Below, piece after piece: positions 16,901-24,620 of a stretch of 25,831 nucleotides of DNA. Where the stretch lies: NCBI GenBank assembly GCA_045863855.1, contig BTVV01000086.1:1-25831 (forward strand). Direction: 5' to 3'. Position numbers and translations under genes: made by a program. Every line of letters starts with the position of its first letter. Positions within the stretch are counted from its first letter, which is position 1. The notes beneath the pieces were generated by a model. The model searched no databases. It was not told where the DNA came from and was given only the letters and a program-made list of their open reading frames with translations. This stretch comes from Planctomycetota bacterium. Its GTDB lineage: Bacteria; Planctomycetota; SZUA-567; H5-PLA8.

Positions 16901-18177
16901 GCGAGCAGCGCCTCAAGTACAACGGTGTGCTGTATCCCGTGGTAGGCGCGGAGCTAAAGGGCCCCATCCTCGATGTGGATGGTGGGCGCGTTCCCGTCGA
17001 ATGGAAGGTGCTCAACCCGGAAGAAACCGCCGGGCTGGCGCGCCGCGCCTCGGACTTCCAGAAAGGCGAGGAGCTCGTCGATCTGAGCGCCTACTACATT
17101 TATGCCGGGCGCGCCTACGACGCCGAGAAGGCGCTGGAAGCCGCAGCCAAACTGGGCGCGGCCACCAAGTTGTATGAAGAACTTCTGGCCGAACGGCAGA
17201 AGGCGCGCGCCGCCAAAAAGGATCTCGAAACCAAGCCCAAGGATCCGGTTCCCGCCCCGGTGGTTATGGAAGGTCCGGTACAAGAAGAAGCGCAACGTCT
17301 CGCGCTGCAAGCGCTGGGGTGGGAAATTCGACGCGGCGTCTGGAAGATCACGCCCGAGAAGACCTTGCTCGCTCGGGCCGAAACCGGGAACGACCTGATG
17401 TTGCTGCGACGCGAGTTGAAGACCTTCAACCAAGTGAGCATGGAGATCCGCGGCGCGGGCGATGCGGCGGGCTTCAGCTTCTCGCGTTCGGCTCGCTACA
17501 TGGTCAAGCCCACCGAGACATGGCAGAAGGTGGCCGTGCAAGTCTTTGGCGGCGATCAGATTCGGCTCTTGATCGACGGCGAGCCTCGCGCTTCGCTGGA
17601 AGATGTATCCGGAATTACGACCGAACACCTGGGCGAGGTGGTCTACATACGAGCGGAAGGCACGTTCTTCGAGGTCCGCAACTTCACCGTGGATGGAAAG
17701 GTGATCGGCGAGCCGGCGGTGACGCCGGCCGGCGAGCCCGCGCCGGCCCCCGAAGCCGCGGTTCAGGATCCCGCGCATGCACAAGCGCTGCGCGTGCTGG
17801 GTTGGGAACCGGATGCGGGCGTTTGGAACATCCAAGGCGAAGTCGTCGCCGGATCGCCAGTGCTGGGCGCTCCGGAAGTCCGGCTCAAGCGGGAGTTTAA
17901 GGACACCGCGGGGCTTTCCGTGGAAGTTCGCGGCACGGCGGAAGCCGCAGGCTTCAGCTTTGGAGCGGGGCAGCGCTTCCTGGTCAAACCCTCGGGGCAA
18001 TGGAAGAAGCTCGAGTTGCGTGTCGGCGGCGATGGCAAGCCAGCCCTTTGGGTGGACGGCGTGAAAACCAACAGCCTCGAAGACACTTCGAAGGCGACGG
18101 CTAAAGACTTGGGTGCGAACCTGTACCTGATGGCGCGCGGCGGCAAGCTGGAGTTCCGCAACTTCCGAGCGCAGTAG
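13972..18177 (+). CDS. Membrane receptor-like Ser/Thr pseudokinase: MshEN-like repeats, zinc ribbon, degenerate Hanks kinase, TM helix, helical ectodomain, two tandem C-terminal beta domains
   Basis: ATG 13972 follows AAAGG. HLGEILVSKGYMT / RIGEILITRGQL repeats; CTGC..CPRC; IGSYQLLQRLG, LNHPNL, EYIEGQSL, ALAYGH...IHGDLRPSHIL, YAPPE, RSDIYSL, PDERYQT; TM TLALIVLLLVLVMGGLWLL. Confidence 0.9.
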   Translation: MADIRDSLFGSLAVRGHFVLDEQIREALDLQRQFETAGDRVPHLGEILVSKGYMTPEQVQAVLQGQGAPQGAKFGQVAVQWHLTRPEDVESALEHQRITKAQGQRPMRIGEILITRGQLKPHQVKAVLAAQGKAIVVCTGCGARYNAKNVHEGTSITCPRCQVVFVPMPSAVSQRLKAIKPNAPSRYSDDVRADITVAVPAIRPPGGQNLSQQQIGSYQLLQRLGVDHSGELYKAFHPQTGGTVVIRVLLPHIMQSPEEFELWTEASEAAAELNHPNLQRTIALGNEGGRAIVVNEYIEGQSLRQRLEQRGRLPYLEAVDILIQSAEALAYGHSHDLIHGDLRPSHILIGLDGRVRVSGLGTPKQVYQDLKLMASSSGKVPVYAPPEVLIEEESGDGRSDIYSLCAIGYHTITGRGPQDGSDVMQVGFRLASQDIPAPRTVDPHLPPYLNRLLIKGLLPEPDERYQTIEELLSDLRKCRAGLLIQAPDVAEVASEIKPGVPRARRPRATRARQVRRMGTYKRRAHGGHVRRSRTGSRANPTRSGTYPGATGSGLRPAAGPPGSSATNPAVFAGSSPHLPATSNARTRAVTGSSANMNQEADAALQAFMQEAPVAPDHGAFTPAGPAAPVQPAAQRRRPRRGDQPLHTSEDVEVSPATTLALIVLLLVLVMGGLWLLRGGAPAQDAQDGEQLAVEELPLGQKPPETPQERPLDRQARADWDIMVGKHLEAQPEDHQGIIERIDQFVRKYRDAKPAVAEQAKALELRAQHGKAGVLKTLPDLQAQLDALGKGYRFREADAEVGRWLALWGEAAAQEHATQERERLKQREQALAEELLRKAAELRGQEDWEGARDLYKTVLEHFDPALAARAREERNKTDEAEREAKAQAALDAERTRRLKEAADREAAAPGKLEQLVESLDQPLPLLDLEAAGKLLADTEPHITGTSVGPRLAAVKKDLSRLAALRERIVKSAKEGKQREQRLKYNGVLYPVVGAELKGPILDVDGGRVPVEWKVLNPEETAGLARRASDFQKGEELVDLSAYYIYAGRAYDAEKALEAAAKLGAATKLYEELLAERQKARAAKKDLETKPKDPVPAPVVMEGPVQEEAQRLALQALGWEIRRGVWKITPEKTLLARAETGNDLMLLRRELKTFNQVSMEIRGAGDAAGFSFSRSARYMVKPTETWQKVAVQVFGGDQIRLLIDGEPRASLEDVSGITTEHLGEVVYIRAEGTFFEVRNFTVDGKVIGEPAVTPAGEPAPAPEAAVQDPAHAQALRVLGWEPDAGVWNIQGEVVAGSPVLGAPEVRLKREFKDTAGLSVEVRGTAEAAGFSFGAGQRFLVKPSGQWKKLELRVGGDGKPALWVDGVKTNSLEDTSKATAKDLGANLYLMARGGKLEFRNFRAQ

Positions 18178-18231
18178 CTGTTACCAAACGTGCCGGAAGC
18201 GAGCCGGCCCTGCAAAGGATGGATGCTGCGT

Positions 18232-19104
18232 ATGCGCGTGCTCTTCAACACCATCGCATTGGAACCCAATCGCTGGACCAAAGAGAAGCGCCCGGCGCAC
18301 GACTTGGGTGACGTCCTGTTACCGCGCATCGCGGAAGCGGGTTTCACGAAGATCGAGGTCTGGCCGTTTCACATTCTGCATAAGTCCTTGGATGAACTGA
18401 AGAAGCTGCGCGAGCAGGCTGAGAAACGGGGCTTGAGCTTTCTCGTGCTGGGCGCGTATCCCGAGTTTCACCACAGCGGCGCGAACGACGAAGCACCGCG
18501 CGCGCAGCGCCACGAAATCCTGGAGCGCGCTCGGGTTCTGGGTGCGCCGTGGGTGAAGTACTTCTTCGGCCGCGTGGCCGGTTCGGCGTTAACGCCCGAG
18601 CAGTGGGCGGCCACGGAAGCGAACTTCAGCGCCTGGATCCTCGACGGGCGCCGGCAGGGTTTGAACTTCTGCGCCGAACTGCACAACAACACGCTCTTCG
18701 ATCCGTACGAAACCGGTGCGAAGCAGGTGAACTTGCATCCGGGCTGGGATGTGAAATTCTGCTTCCAGCCGTACGACTTCAAGAGCACCGCCAAGAATTT
18801 GGCGTTGATCGGGAAGCTCGGCTCAAAAATCGTCCACGCGCATTTCCAAGGACGCAACGCCGACGGTTACAGCCGCTTGGCCGATTCCGACCTCGATTAC
18901 TCCAAACTCGTGCCAGCACTGACGATGGCGAACCCCGAGATCATGCACTCGGTCGAGTTCGTCAAAAACGGCTTCCCCAAGGAAGGCGAGGCGCTCGATT
19001 TCGACAAGGCTTTGGCCGATGCCGTGGCCGATGCGCAGTTCATCGAACGCTACCTGCTTTCCGAACGTCCCGACTCGGTTCGTCGCAAACGCGTGAAGTC
19101 GTAA
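18232..19104 (+). CDS. Sugar phosphate isomerase/epimerase family TIM-barrel protein (xylose isomerase-like)
   Basis: IAEAGFTKIEVW, ARVLGAPWV, AELHNNTL, IVHAHFQ, SVEF pattern. Start chosen at ATG 18232 downstream of AAGGATGG. Confidence 0.8.
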   Translation: MRVLFNTIALEPNRWTKEKRPAHDLGDVLLPRIAEAGFTKIEVWPFHILHKSLDELKKLREQAEKRGLSFLVLGAYPEFHHSGANDEAPRAQRHEILERARVLGAPWVKYFFGRVAGSALTPEQWAATEANFSAWILDGRRQGLNFCAELHNNTLFDPYETGAKQVNLHPGWDVKFCFQPYDFKSTAKNLALIGKLGSKIVHAHFQGRNADGYSRLADSDLDYSKLVPALTMANPEIMHSVEFVKNGFPKEGEALDFDKALADAVADAQFIERYLLSERPDSVRRKRVKS

Positions 19105-19142
19105 CCGCCGTTCAATCCATGACTTAAAGGATCGTGCGCGCG

Positions 19143-19210
19143 ATTGCAGGATCGGACAACTGTATTGCAGCCACGGACAACCATCGCTCCCCTGCCAGCG
19201 GGTATAGATT
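19143..19210 (+). promoter_or_regulatory. Direct-repeat operator (21-bp period) adjoining the -35 region, plus -10 box, upstream of the PhyH gene
   Basis: ATTGCAGgatCGGACAAC (19143-19160) and ATTGCAGccaCGGACAAC (19164-19181); TAGATT at 19205-19210. Confidence 0.55.
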
Positions 19211-19262
19211 CCCATGGCCGCGCGGTACGGCGCGGGAATCGAAACCTACTGGAGAACGCCTC

Positions 19263-20078
19263 ATGCAAGCCGTTGCCGAGACTGCCTTAAACACCCTCAG
19301 CGCCGAACAGTGGGCCGCCTACGACCGCGACGGGTACGTTCGTTTGGGCAAGCTCCTCAGCGACGAGGACCTCGGCGCGCTCCAGCAGCGCATCGACGAC
19401 ATCATGCTCGGCAAGGCGAAGGTCAACTACGACCGCATGTTGATGCAACTCGACAGCGACGACGGCAACTACGGGAACGCCGGCCCGCAGACGAAGGGGC
19501 ACAAAGGCGCGACGCTGGGCTACCGCAAGATCCAGGAACTCGAGTTCGACGCGCTCCACCGCGCATTCATGGAACGTCCTATCTTCAAACACATTTGCGA
19601 TCACGAGTACGGCCCGGACGTGCCGATCGCGCCGTTCCGCGCGATGTTCATGAACAAGCCCGCGCAGCGCGGCACGTTCCTGCCTTGGCACCAGGACCGC
19701 TGGAACAGCCTCGACCGCGATCCGCTGGTCACGGTCTGGACGGCGCTCGACCCGGCCACCAAGGCCAACGGCTGTGTGCAGATCATTCCGGGCAGCCATA
19801 AGCTGGGTGTGATCAACCCGTCCCACGGCTCGGGATTCCTGAGCGAAGAGCAGGTCGCCGAACACGTAAAGCCTGAGCGGATCGTGTACTTGGAACTCGA
19901 ACCCGGCGAAGTCGCGCTGCTCCACAACTACACGCTGCACGGAAGCGACGTGAACCGCACGGACACTTCGCGCCGTGCCTTCAGCGTCTGCTACATGGAC
20001 GCGCGGACGCAGTCGCGGAACAAGTCCGGCGGTTACGATGCTCCGCCGGCCGGACGGGTGACGCTCTTCGGGAAGTAA
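19263..20078 (+). CDS. Phytanoyl-CoA dioxygenase (PhyH) family Fe(II)/2-oxoglutarate dioxygenase
   Basis: YDRDGYV, PWHQD (HxD), VTVWTALD..T.ANGC..IIPGSHK, LHGS (distal His), RRAF. ATG 19263 follows GGAGAA. Confidence 0.93.
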   Translation: MQAVAETALNTLSAEQWAAYDRDGYVRLGKLLSDEDLGALQQRIDDIMLGKAKVNYDRMLMQLDSDDGNYGNAGPQTKGHKGATLGYRKIQELEFDALHRAFMERPIFKHICDHEYGPDVPIAPFRAMFMNKPAQRGTFLPWHQDRWNSLDRDPLVTVWTALDPATKANGCVQIIPGSHKLGVINPSHGSGFLSEEQVAEHVKPERIVYLELEPGEVALLHNYTLHGSDVNRTDTSRRAFSVCYMDARTQSRNKSGGYDAPPAGRVTLFGK

Positions 20079-20093
20079 GCGTTAAATGGATCC

Positions 20094-20122
20094 AGCCAGC
20101 GGCGGGCAAACCGCCGCTGGCT
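20094..20122. terminator. Perfect 12-bp GC-rich hairpin between convergent genes (terminator or REP-like)
   Basis: AGCCAGCGGCGG-gcaaa-CCGCCGCTGGCT, 15 nt after the PhyH stop; no adjacent U-tract. Confidence 0.55.
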
Positions 20123-20151
20123 CAAGGGGTAGGCCTTTTCCGATAAGAGTT

Positions 20152-20319
20152 TAGGCACTGTCCCGAAATCCTACTTAGGCATCTGCTTGCGGGGACCTGC
20201 GCAGCGCTTCGTCAGCCTCGCTTGCTGTATCTACTGTAGAGATACGGCGCGTTCGGCTTCCTCGCTCTGCTTGGTCCGTGCGGAACATCCGCCTTCGAAG
20301 CGTTTCGGGACAGAGCCTA
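20152..20319. mobile_element. MITE (non-autonomous IS derivative), ~168 bp with TA-flanked terminal inverted repeats
   Basis: Left end TA-GGCACTGTCCCGAAA (20152-20168) and right end TTTCGGGACAGAGCC-TA (20303-20319) match 16/17. The interior is self-complementary (GCTGTATCT/AGATACGGC, AGCC/GGCT, GGACC/GGTCC). No transposase. Confidence 0.8.
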
Positions 20320-21336
20320 GAACTCCCCCGCCGCACCGGACGGATCGCCCGGAAGTTGGGGCTTGGGGTCGGGCGGCGGTAGCTGGGCGCAGCGCGTCAT
20401 GCGCCCGTCGGCGTAGATCACCACGTAATGCGGCACGCCGGTGCGCTCCTCGAGCAACTTGACGGCCACATAGTCGGGCCGACCGTCCAAACCGCGCGCC
20501 GGGTGAGCCTTAAGCGGGCCGGCAAGATCCACGCTGCCATCGGGTTCGAAGACCGGCAGGAACGCCTGCGGCGCATCGGGGGCGCTTCCGTGCGCATACG
20601 CTTGGCGTACGAAGCGCAGCGGTACTATGGAGTTCTCCGGACCCGCGGGCGGCTCGGTTTCCACGCGGCCGTACAAGCCCAGGTCGTGACCGCTCAAACG
20701 CAGCGCGGCCGCGGCTTCGGGTGGCGGCAGCGGCGTCTCGTGGCGCGAGACCAAGACCCACCCCACCCGCGTACCCGGCTTCGTAAGATCCACCTGCGCC
20801 GTATGATGCACGCCTCGGGCAAGGACCGGCAGCTTGGCCGGTGCGGCCCACGATTCGGGCTTCTCCAACCAGAGCAACTCTACGCCTGGCGCTTCCGCGT
20901 CGGCAACGAAGGTCAACAGCGCGTTACGCTTGAGGCGATCCTCCGGCCGTTCGGCGTTATAGGTCGGGAGCAATTCAGGATTCATGCCGAGCTTCCCGGA
21001 CCATTCGGACGCCGCTCCTTGCAACTCGAGGGCTTCGGCGGCGTAGACGATCGTCACGCGCCGGGTCTCGTCGACGAGGCAGACCGGGATCACGCGCACT
21101 TGACGCGCGCGCGCATAGGAGCGCGCTTCGGCGAAGGCGCGAAGCAACGTGGAAGCGACTTCGCTGCTGGGCGTGTAAGTTGTAAATGCACCGAGGGTTG
21201 AGGCGGTCAGCAGAACGAGCGCCACGAGAATACTCAACGCAGCCAGCGCTTCGAAGAGCGTCCAGCCGCCGACACATGGGCGGCGCGAAGCGCGGTTCAT
21301 ACCGAAGCGTAGTTCAAGAACGGAGCGGTCGGACAC
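20317..21336 (-). CDS. Prepilin-like (GspH/FimT-like) protein with a class III-like signal peptide
   Basis: Basic leader RASRR, then G|WTLFE (Glu at +5), hydrophobic helix ALAALSILVALVLLTASTL, and EVASTLLRAFAEARSYARARQVRV resembling the GspH/FimT alpha1-C helix. GTG 21336 follows AGGA; the alternative start is ATG 21300. Confidence 0.65.
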   Translation of the reverse strand: MSDRSVLELRFGMNRASRRPCVGGWTLFEALAALSILVALVLLTASTLGAFTTYTPSSEVASTLLRAFAEARSYARARQVRVIPVCLVDETRRVTIVYAAEALELQGAASEWSGKLGMNPELLPTYNAERPEDRLKRNALLTFVADAEAPGVELLWLEKPESWAAPAKLPVLARGVHHTAQVDLTKPGTRVGWVLVSRHETPLPPPEAAAALRLSGHDLGLYGRVETEPPAGPENSIVPLRFVRQAYAHGSAPDAPQAFLPVFEPDGSVDLAGPLKAHPARGLDGRPDYVAVKLLEERTGVPHYVVIYADGRMTRCAQLPPPDPKPQLPGDPSGAAGEF

Positions 21337-21354
21337 GAAAGTCCTGAACCGGCC

Positions 21355-22413
21355 TCACTTTTGGTAAATGGGCAGGTAGTTGTACGGAACGGCGAGAATG
21401 AGGATCGACCAAGACGTCTGCATCGTTCCAGGGACGCGCGCATGTTGGACCTTGAACTCTCCGCGATTCGCGCCGGTCTTGACCTGCTGCGACATTAATG
21501 TCTTGGTAATGCTAGGGTACCAGAACTCCCAGTACTTCTGGAAACCGGGATGGCGGCTGGCTTGGAACATCGCCTGAACGGCGTAATAGTGCCCATAGAG
21601 GAACCACTCGTTGTCACGCCCGCCTTGGCGCGCGGACATGAGGTAATCGAGGCCCGGCTTGAGTGTCTTAGGTCGGTAATCGCCACAGACTTGCAGCGAC
21701 ATGACAGCCGCGGCGGTGGTGCTGAACTTGGGGCCGCTGGCGCCCGAATAGCCGTAGCCGACCAGCCCTTGCGCGTCGGGCTTGCACTGGCAGGAGTTGA
21801 TGTAACGTACGGCGCGGTCAATGGTTTCCTTCGGCACGGCGACGCCGGCATCGTAAGCGGCGCGCAGCGCCAGCACTTGCATGATCGTGATCGACATGTC
21901 ACCGTCGCGCGGTTCGGGCTCGTAGGTCCAGCTTCCGCGCGGACCTTGTGAGCGAACCTGCAACTCGATGGCTTTCTCCAACTTATCGATGATCCGCGGA
22001 TCGCGCGTCATGCCCCAGGCTTCGGCGAGGCACAAGGTCGCCAGCCCGTGATTGTACATCGTTCCGTGGCCTTTGCGGTTCTTGAGGATGATCCCGTCGG
22101 GCTGCGCGCTGTTGAGGAGATAGGTCACACCGCGGCTGACTTGATGCGCGTAAGGTCCCTCGTTGGAAAGGTTGCCGACGGCCATGTAAGCCAGCGTTGC
22201 GGCCGCGACCGGGCCGGTGAGGTCGCCGCTGGCGCCGAGGTACGAGCCGTCGGGGCGCTGCTGGCTAGCCAAGTAGCGCAGCCCCATATCGATGGAAGCC
22301 TGGATCTCGCGGGTGACTTTGACGTTGGACTCTTCGGCTTGGCTGTTTACGCAACGTATGCAACTGCCTACGATTGCGGACATGCACAGGAAGGCTAATG
22401 CGGCGCGTTTCAT
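21355..22413 (-). CDS. Secreted prenyltransferase/squalene-oxidase-repeat (terpene cyclase/mutase-like alpha-alpha toroid) protein
   Basis: Signal-like MKRAALAFLCMSAIVG; QW-like repeats LASQQRPDGSY, LLNSAQPDG, VRSQGPRGSWTY; YNHGLATLCLAE, GDMSITIMQVLALRAA, YGHYYAVQAM. Start trimmed from the 582-aa ORF call. Confidence 0.85.
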   Translation of the reverse strand: MKRAALAFLCMSAIVGSCIRCVNSQAEESNVKVTREIQASIDMGLRYLASQQRPDGSYLGASGDLTGPVAAATLAYMAVGNLSNEGPYAHQVSRGVTYLLNSAQPDGIILKNRKGHGTMYNHGLATLCLAEAWGMTRDPRIIDKLEKAIELQVRSQGPRGSWTYEPEPRDGDMSITIMQVLALRAAYDAGVAVPKETIDRAVRYINSCQCKPDAQGLVGYGYSGASGPKFSTTAAAVMSLQVCGDYRPKTLKPGLDYLMSARQGGRDNEWFLYGHYYAVQAMFQASRHPGFQKYWEFWYPSITKTLMSQQVKTGANRGEFKVQHARVPGTMQTSWSILILAVPYNYLPIYQK

Positions 22414-22608
22414 GTTCGGTAAGGGCCTCGTTTGCACGTTTGGAATGGTCTTTTCTAACTCCCGGACGGCGTCCGACCGTCGTATTGCTAGACCACCGCC
22501 CCCGGATATATTGGAGCGTACACCACAATCGGGCCTCCCCGTTGAACGAAAAATGTCGTATACCCTAAAAGTGCAATAACTTACAGACCTGTACTGGATG
22601 GAGTTGCG

Positions 22609-23634
22609 ATGCCGGACGCGGACGCAGAAGCCCCTGCTGAGCCGGCGCGGGCGGGGCTGTTCGAGCGCCTCGGGACGGGGCTGCTGCGAGTGCTGATCGG
22701 GCTGATTCGCTTGATTCCGCTGCCCTTGGCGCGCGGACTTGGGCGCTTTATTGGAATCGTAATCTCTTTGTTGGGCGGATCTTACTGGGCGGGTGTGCAT
22801 CATAACCTGCGCGTGGCGTTTGGGCCGGAGCTGCCAGTCTCCGAACGGCGACGAATCGCGCGGCGGTTCTGGCGGCATCTGGGCGCGCTGGTCGCCGAAA
22901 CCTGCCACCTGGCGAACTGGGATCGCGCCCGCGGGGAGCGCGAACTGGATGCTGCGGAACTCCTGGCTGTGCCAGCAGTTAAAGAAGGCAATCGCGGAAT
23001 CATCTTCGCCGTCGGACACTTCGGAACTTGGGAGCTGGGTCCGTATGTGATGTGCCTGCGCGGATACCCCTTGCACTTGATCTATAACCCTGGAACTTCG
23101 CAAACGTTACACGAACTGCTCAAGCGCGAACGGGAGCGATCGGGGATGCAGGTCGTTTCGCGCCACAAGCACCCGTGGGCGCTCAAGAAGCTCCTCGACA
23201 AGGGCGCTTGGCTGGCGGTCGCGGCCGATCTAAACGCCGGTCGCAAGGGGACGTTTATTCCGCTGATGGGTGTACAAGCCTCGTCCTATACGACACTTGC
23301 AGCATTGCAGCGGGTCTCGGGCGCGCCGATCGTGGTCGCGACAACGGCGCGCCAAGCAGACGATACGCATAAGGTCCACGTCTGGGATATCATCGAACTC
23401 CCGCGTGGGCCAGTAGTTGAAGCGGAACTGATCGAGACGACCGCGCGGATCAACCGGGCGCTGGGGCGGGCGTTTCGGGCGTATCCGGAGCAGTGGCTGT
23501 GGACGTACCGGCGTTGGCGGCGCCGCCCGCCGGGCGAAGTCCTTGATGCGGAAGGCTTTCCACCACGGATCGCGGAATCGAACGGCGCTTTCGATGGCGC
23601 CGCATCGGCCGTTGCGGAGGTTCAACCGTCATGA
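22609..23634 (+). CDS. Lipid A lauroyl/myristoyl-type lysophospholipid acyltransferase (LpxL/HtrB family)
   Basis: N-terminal membrane helix, NLRVAF, GHFGTWE (HX4E), AADL, YPEQWLWTYRRWR; GGAG upstream of the ATG. Confidence 0.92.
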   Translation: MPDADAEAPAEPARAGLFERLGTGLLRVLIGLIRLIPLPLARGLGRFIGIVISLLGGSYWAGVHHNLRVAFGPELPVSERRRIARRFWRHLGALVAETCHLANWDRARGERELDAAELLAVPAVKEGNRGIIFAVGHFGTWELGPYVMCLRGYPLHLIYNPGTSQTLHELLKRERERSGMQVVSRHKHPWALKKLLDKGAWLAVAADLNAGRKGTFIPLMGVQASSYTTLAALQRVSGAPIVVATTARQADDTHKVHVWDIIELPRGPVVEAELIETTARINRALGRAFRAYPEQWLWTYRRWRRRPPGEVLDAEGFPPRIAESNGAFDGAASAVAEVQPS

Positions 23635-24545
23635 TGCGAGTTCTAAGTGCAGCTCTATTCCTGGGTTGTGTGCTTTGCGGATGCGATTCGAATGCTAATC
23701 GCGAAGCCGCCGGCGCACCGGACGATGCGCCCGAAGCGCGTGCGGGGCGCGTGCTGAAAGCCCAAAAAGTCAAGCAACTACCTACCATAGATGGAGTTAC
23801 GGATTCGACTTGGGATGCGATCCCAGCGATGGAGTTACTCTGCTTTCACGATCGGGAGCAGACTCCGGTGAGCCTGAAGGCGTGCCACGACGGCAAGATA
23901 CTTTGCGTATGGGCGAACTGGCCCGATGCGGATGCGAGCGAGACGTACAAGCTTTGGACGTGGTCAGAAGAACAGCAGAAGTACTTGGCAGGTAAAGAGA
24001 AAGAAGATCGGTTCGCAATCGAGTTCCCCATTTCAGAGAGCTTCGATGCGTGCATGTTGGGCGGGACACCGTACGTGGCGGACGTCTGGCACTGGAAAGC
24101 GGCGCGGACCAACGGTGCGGGACGGGCCGACGACGAGTGGCATCAGGTTTCTACAACTCCTTTCGAGGTCAATGGTTCAGCGGCTAATGAGTATCCCGAA
24201 AGCGGCCCGGACGGGAAGACGACGCTGTATATGATGCGGGTCAAGGACCGTGGGCAGTTGGCGACGCGGGAGGTTCCGGCGCCGGCGGCGAAGGGCGAGC
24301 CGACTGTGCAACGCTATTTCAATCAAGAGGTTAGCGAAGGGCAAGCGGATCTGCGGGCGAAGGGGATTTGGAAGGACGGGCGCTGGACGGTGGAGTTTTC
24401 GCGTGCGCTGAAGAGCTCTAATTCCAAAGAGGACAAGGGTTTTCAGCCGGGGCGGAGCTATCCGTTCGCGGTGGCGGTCTTCGATAAAGCTTCGGATGCG
24501 GCGCACCAGTCGAGTCCGCAGGCCCGGTTGGATATGGAGAAGTAA
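23631..24545 (+). CDS. Lipoprotein with an ethylbenzene-dehydrogenase-gamma / DOMON-like heme-b-binding domain
   Basis: Lipobox-like VLCG|C; PTIDG...W, WPD, EDRFAI, ADVWHWKAART, WKDGRWTVEFSRAL, FAVAVFD. ATGA overlap with the acyltransferase. Confidence 0.8.
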   Translation: MMRVLSAALFLGCVLCGCDSNANREAAGAPDDAPEARAGRVLKAQKVKQLPTIDGVTDSTWDAIPAMELLCFHDREQTPVSLKACHDGKILCVWANWPDADASETYKLWTWSEEQQKYLAGKEKEDRFAIEFPISESFDACMLGGTPYVADVWHWKAARTNGAGRADDEWHQVSTTPFEVNGSAANEYPESGPDGKTTLYMMRVKDRGQLATREVPAPAAKGEPTVQRYFNQEVSEGQADLRAKGIWKDGRWTVEFSRALKSSNSKEDKGFQPGRSYPFAVAVFDKASDAAHQSSPQARLDMEK

Positions 24546-24561
24546 ATTCTCAAGGTGCGCT

Positions 24562-24620
24562 AAGTGTATGCTTGTATACCTTACTGTATACTGTAACCTT
24601 AGGTATACACTTTATTTTCT
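24562..24620. repeat. AT-rich nested inverted repeat containing four GTAT(A/G)C units (terminator or operator array)
   Basis: AAGTGTATGCTT (24562-24573) pairs with AGGTATACACTT (24601-24612) allowing two G-U pairs. Inner near-palindrome TTACTGTATACTGTAA; followed by TATTTTCT. Confidence 0.5.

Noticed and set aside
20187..20462. 91-aa plus-strand ORF starting inside the MITE
   Set aside because: No transposase motifs, TTG start, and it runs antisense into the pilin-like gene
22414..23103. 230-aa N-terminal extension of the prenyltransferase-repeat ORF
   Set aside because: Overlaps the acyltransferase on the opposite strand and crosses the AT-rich divergent promoter region; the signal peptide starts at 22413
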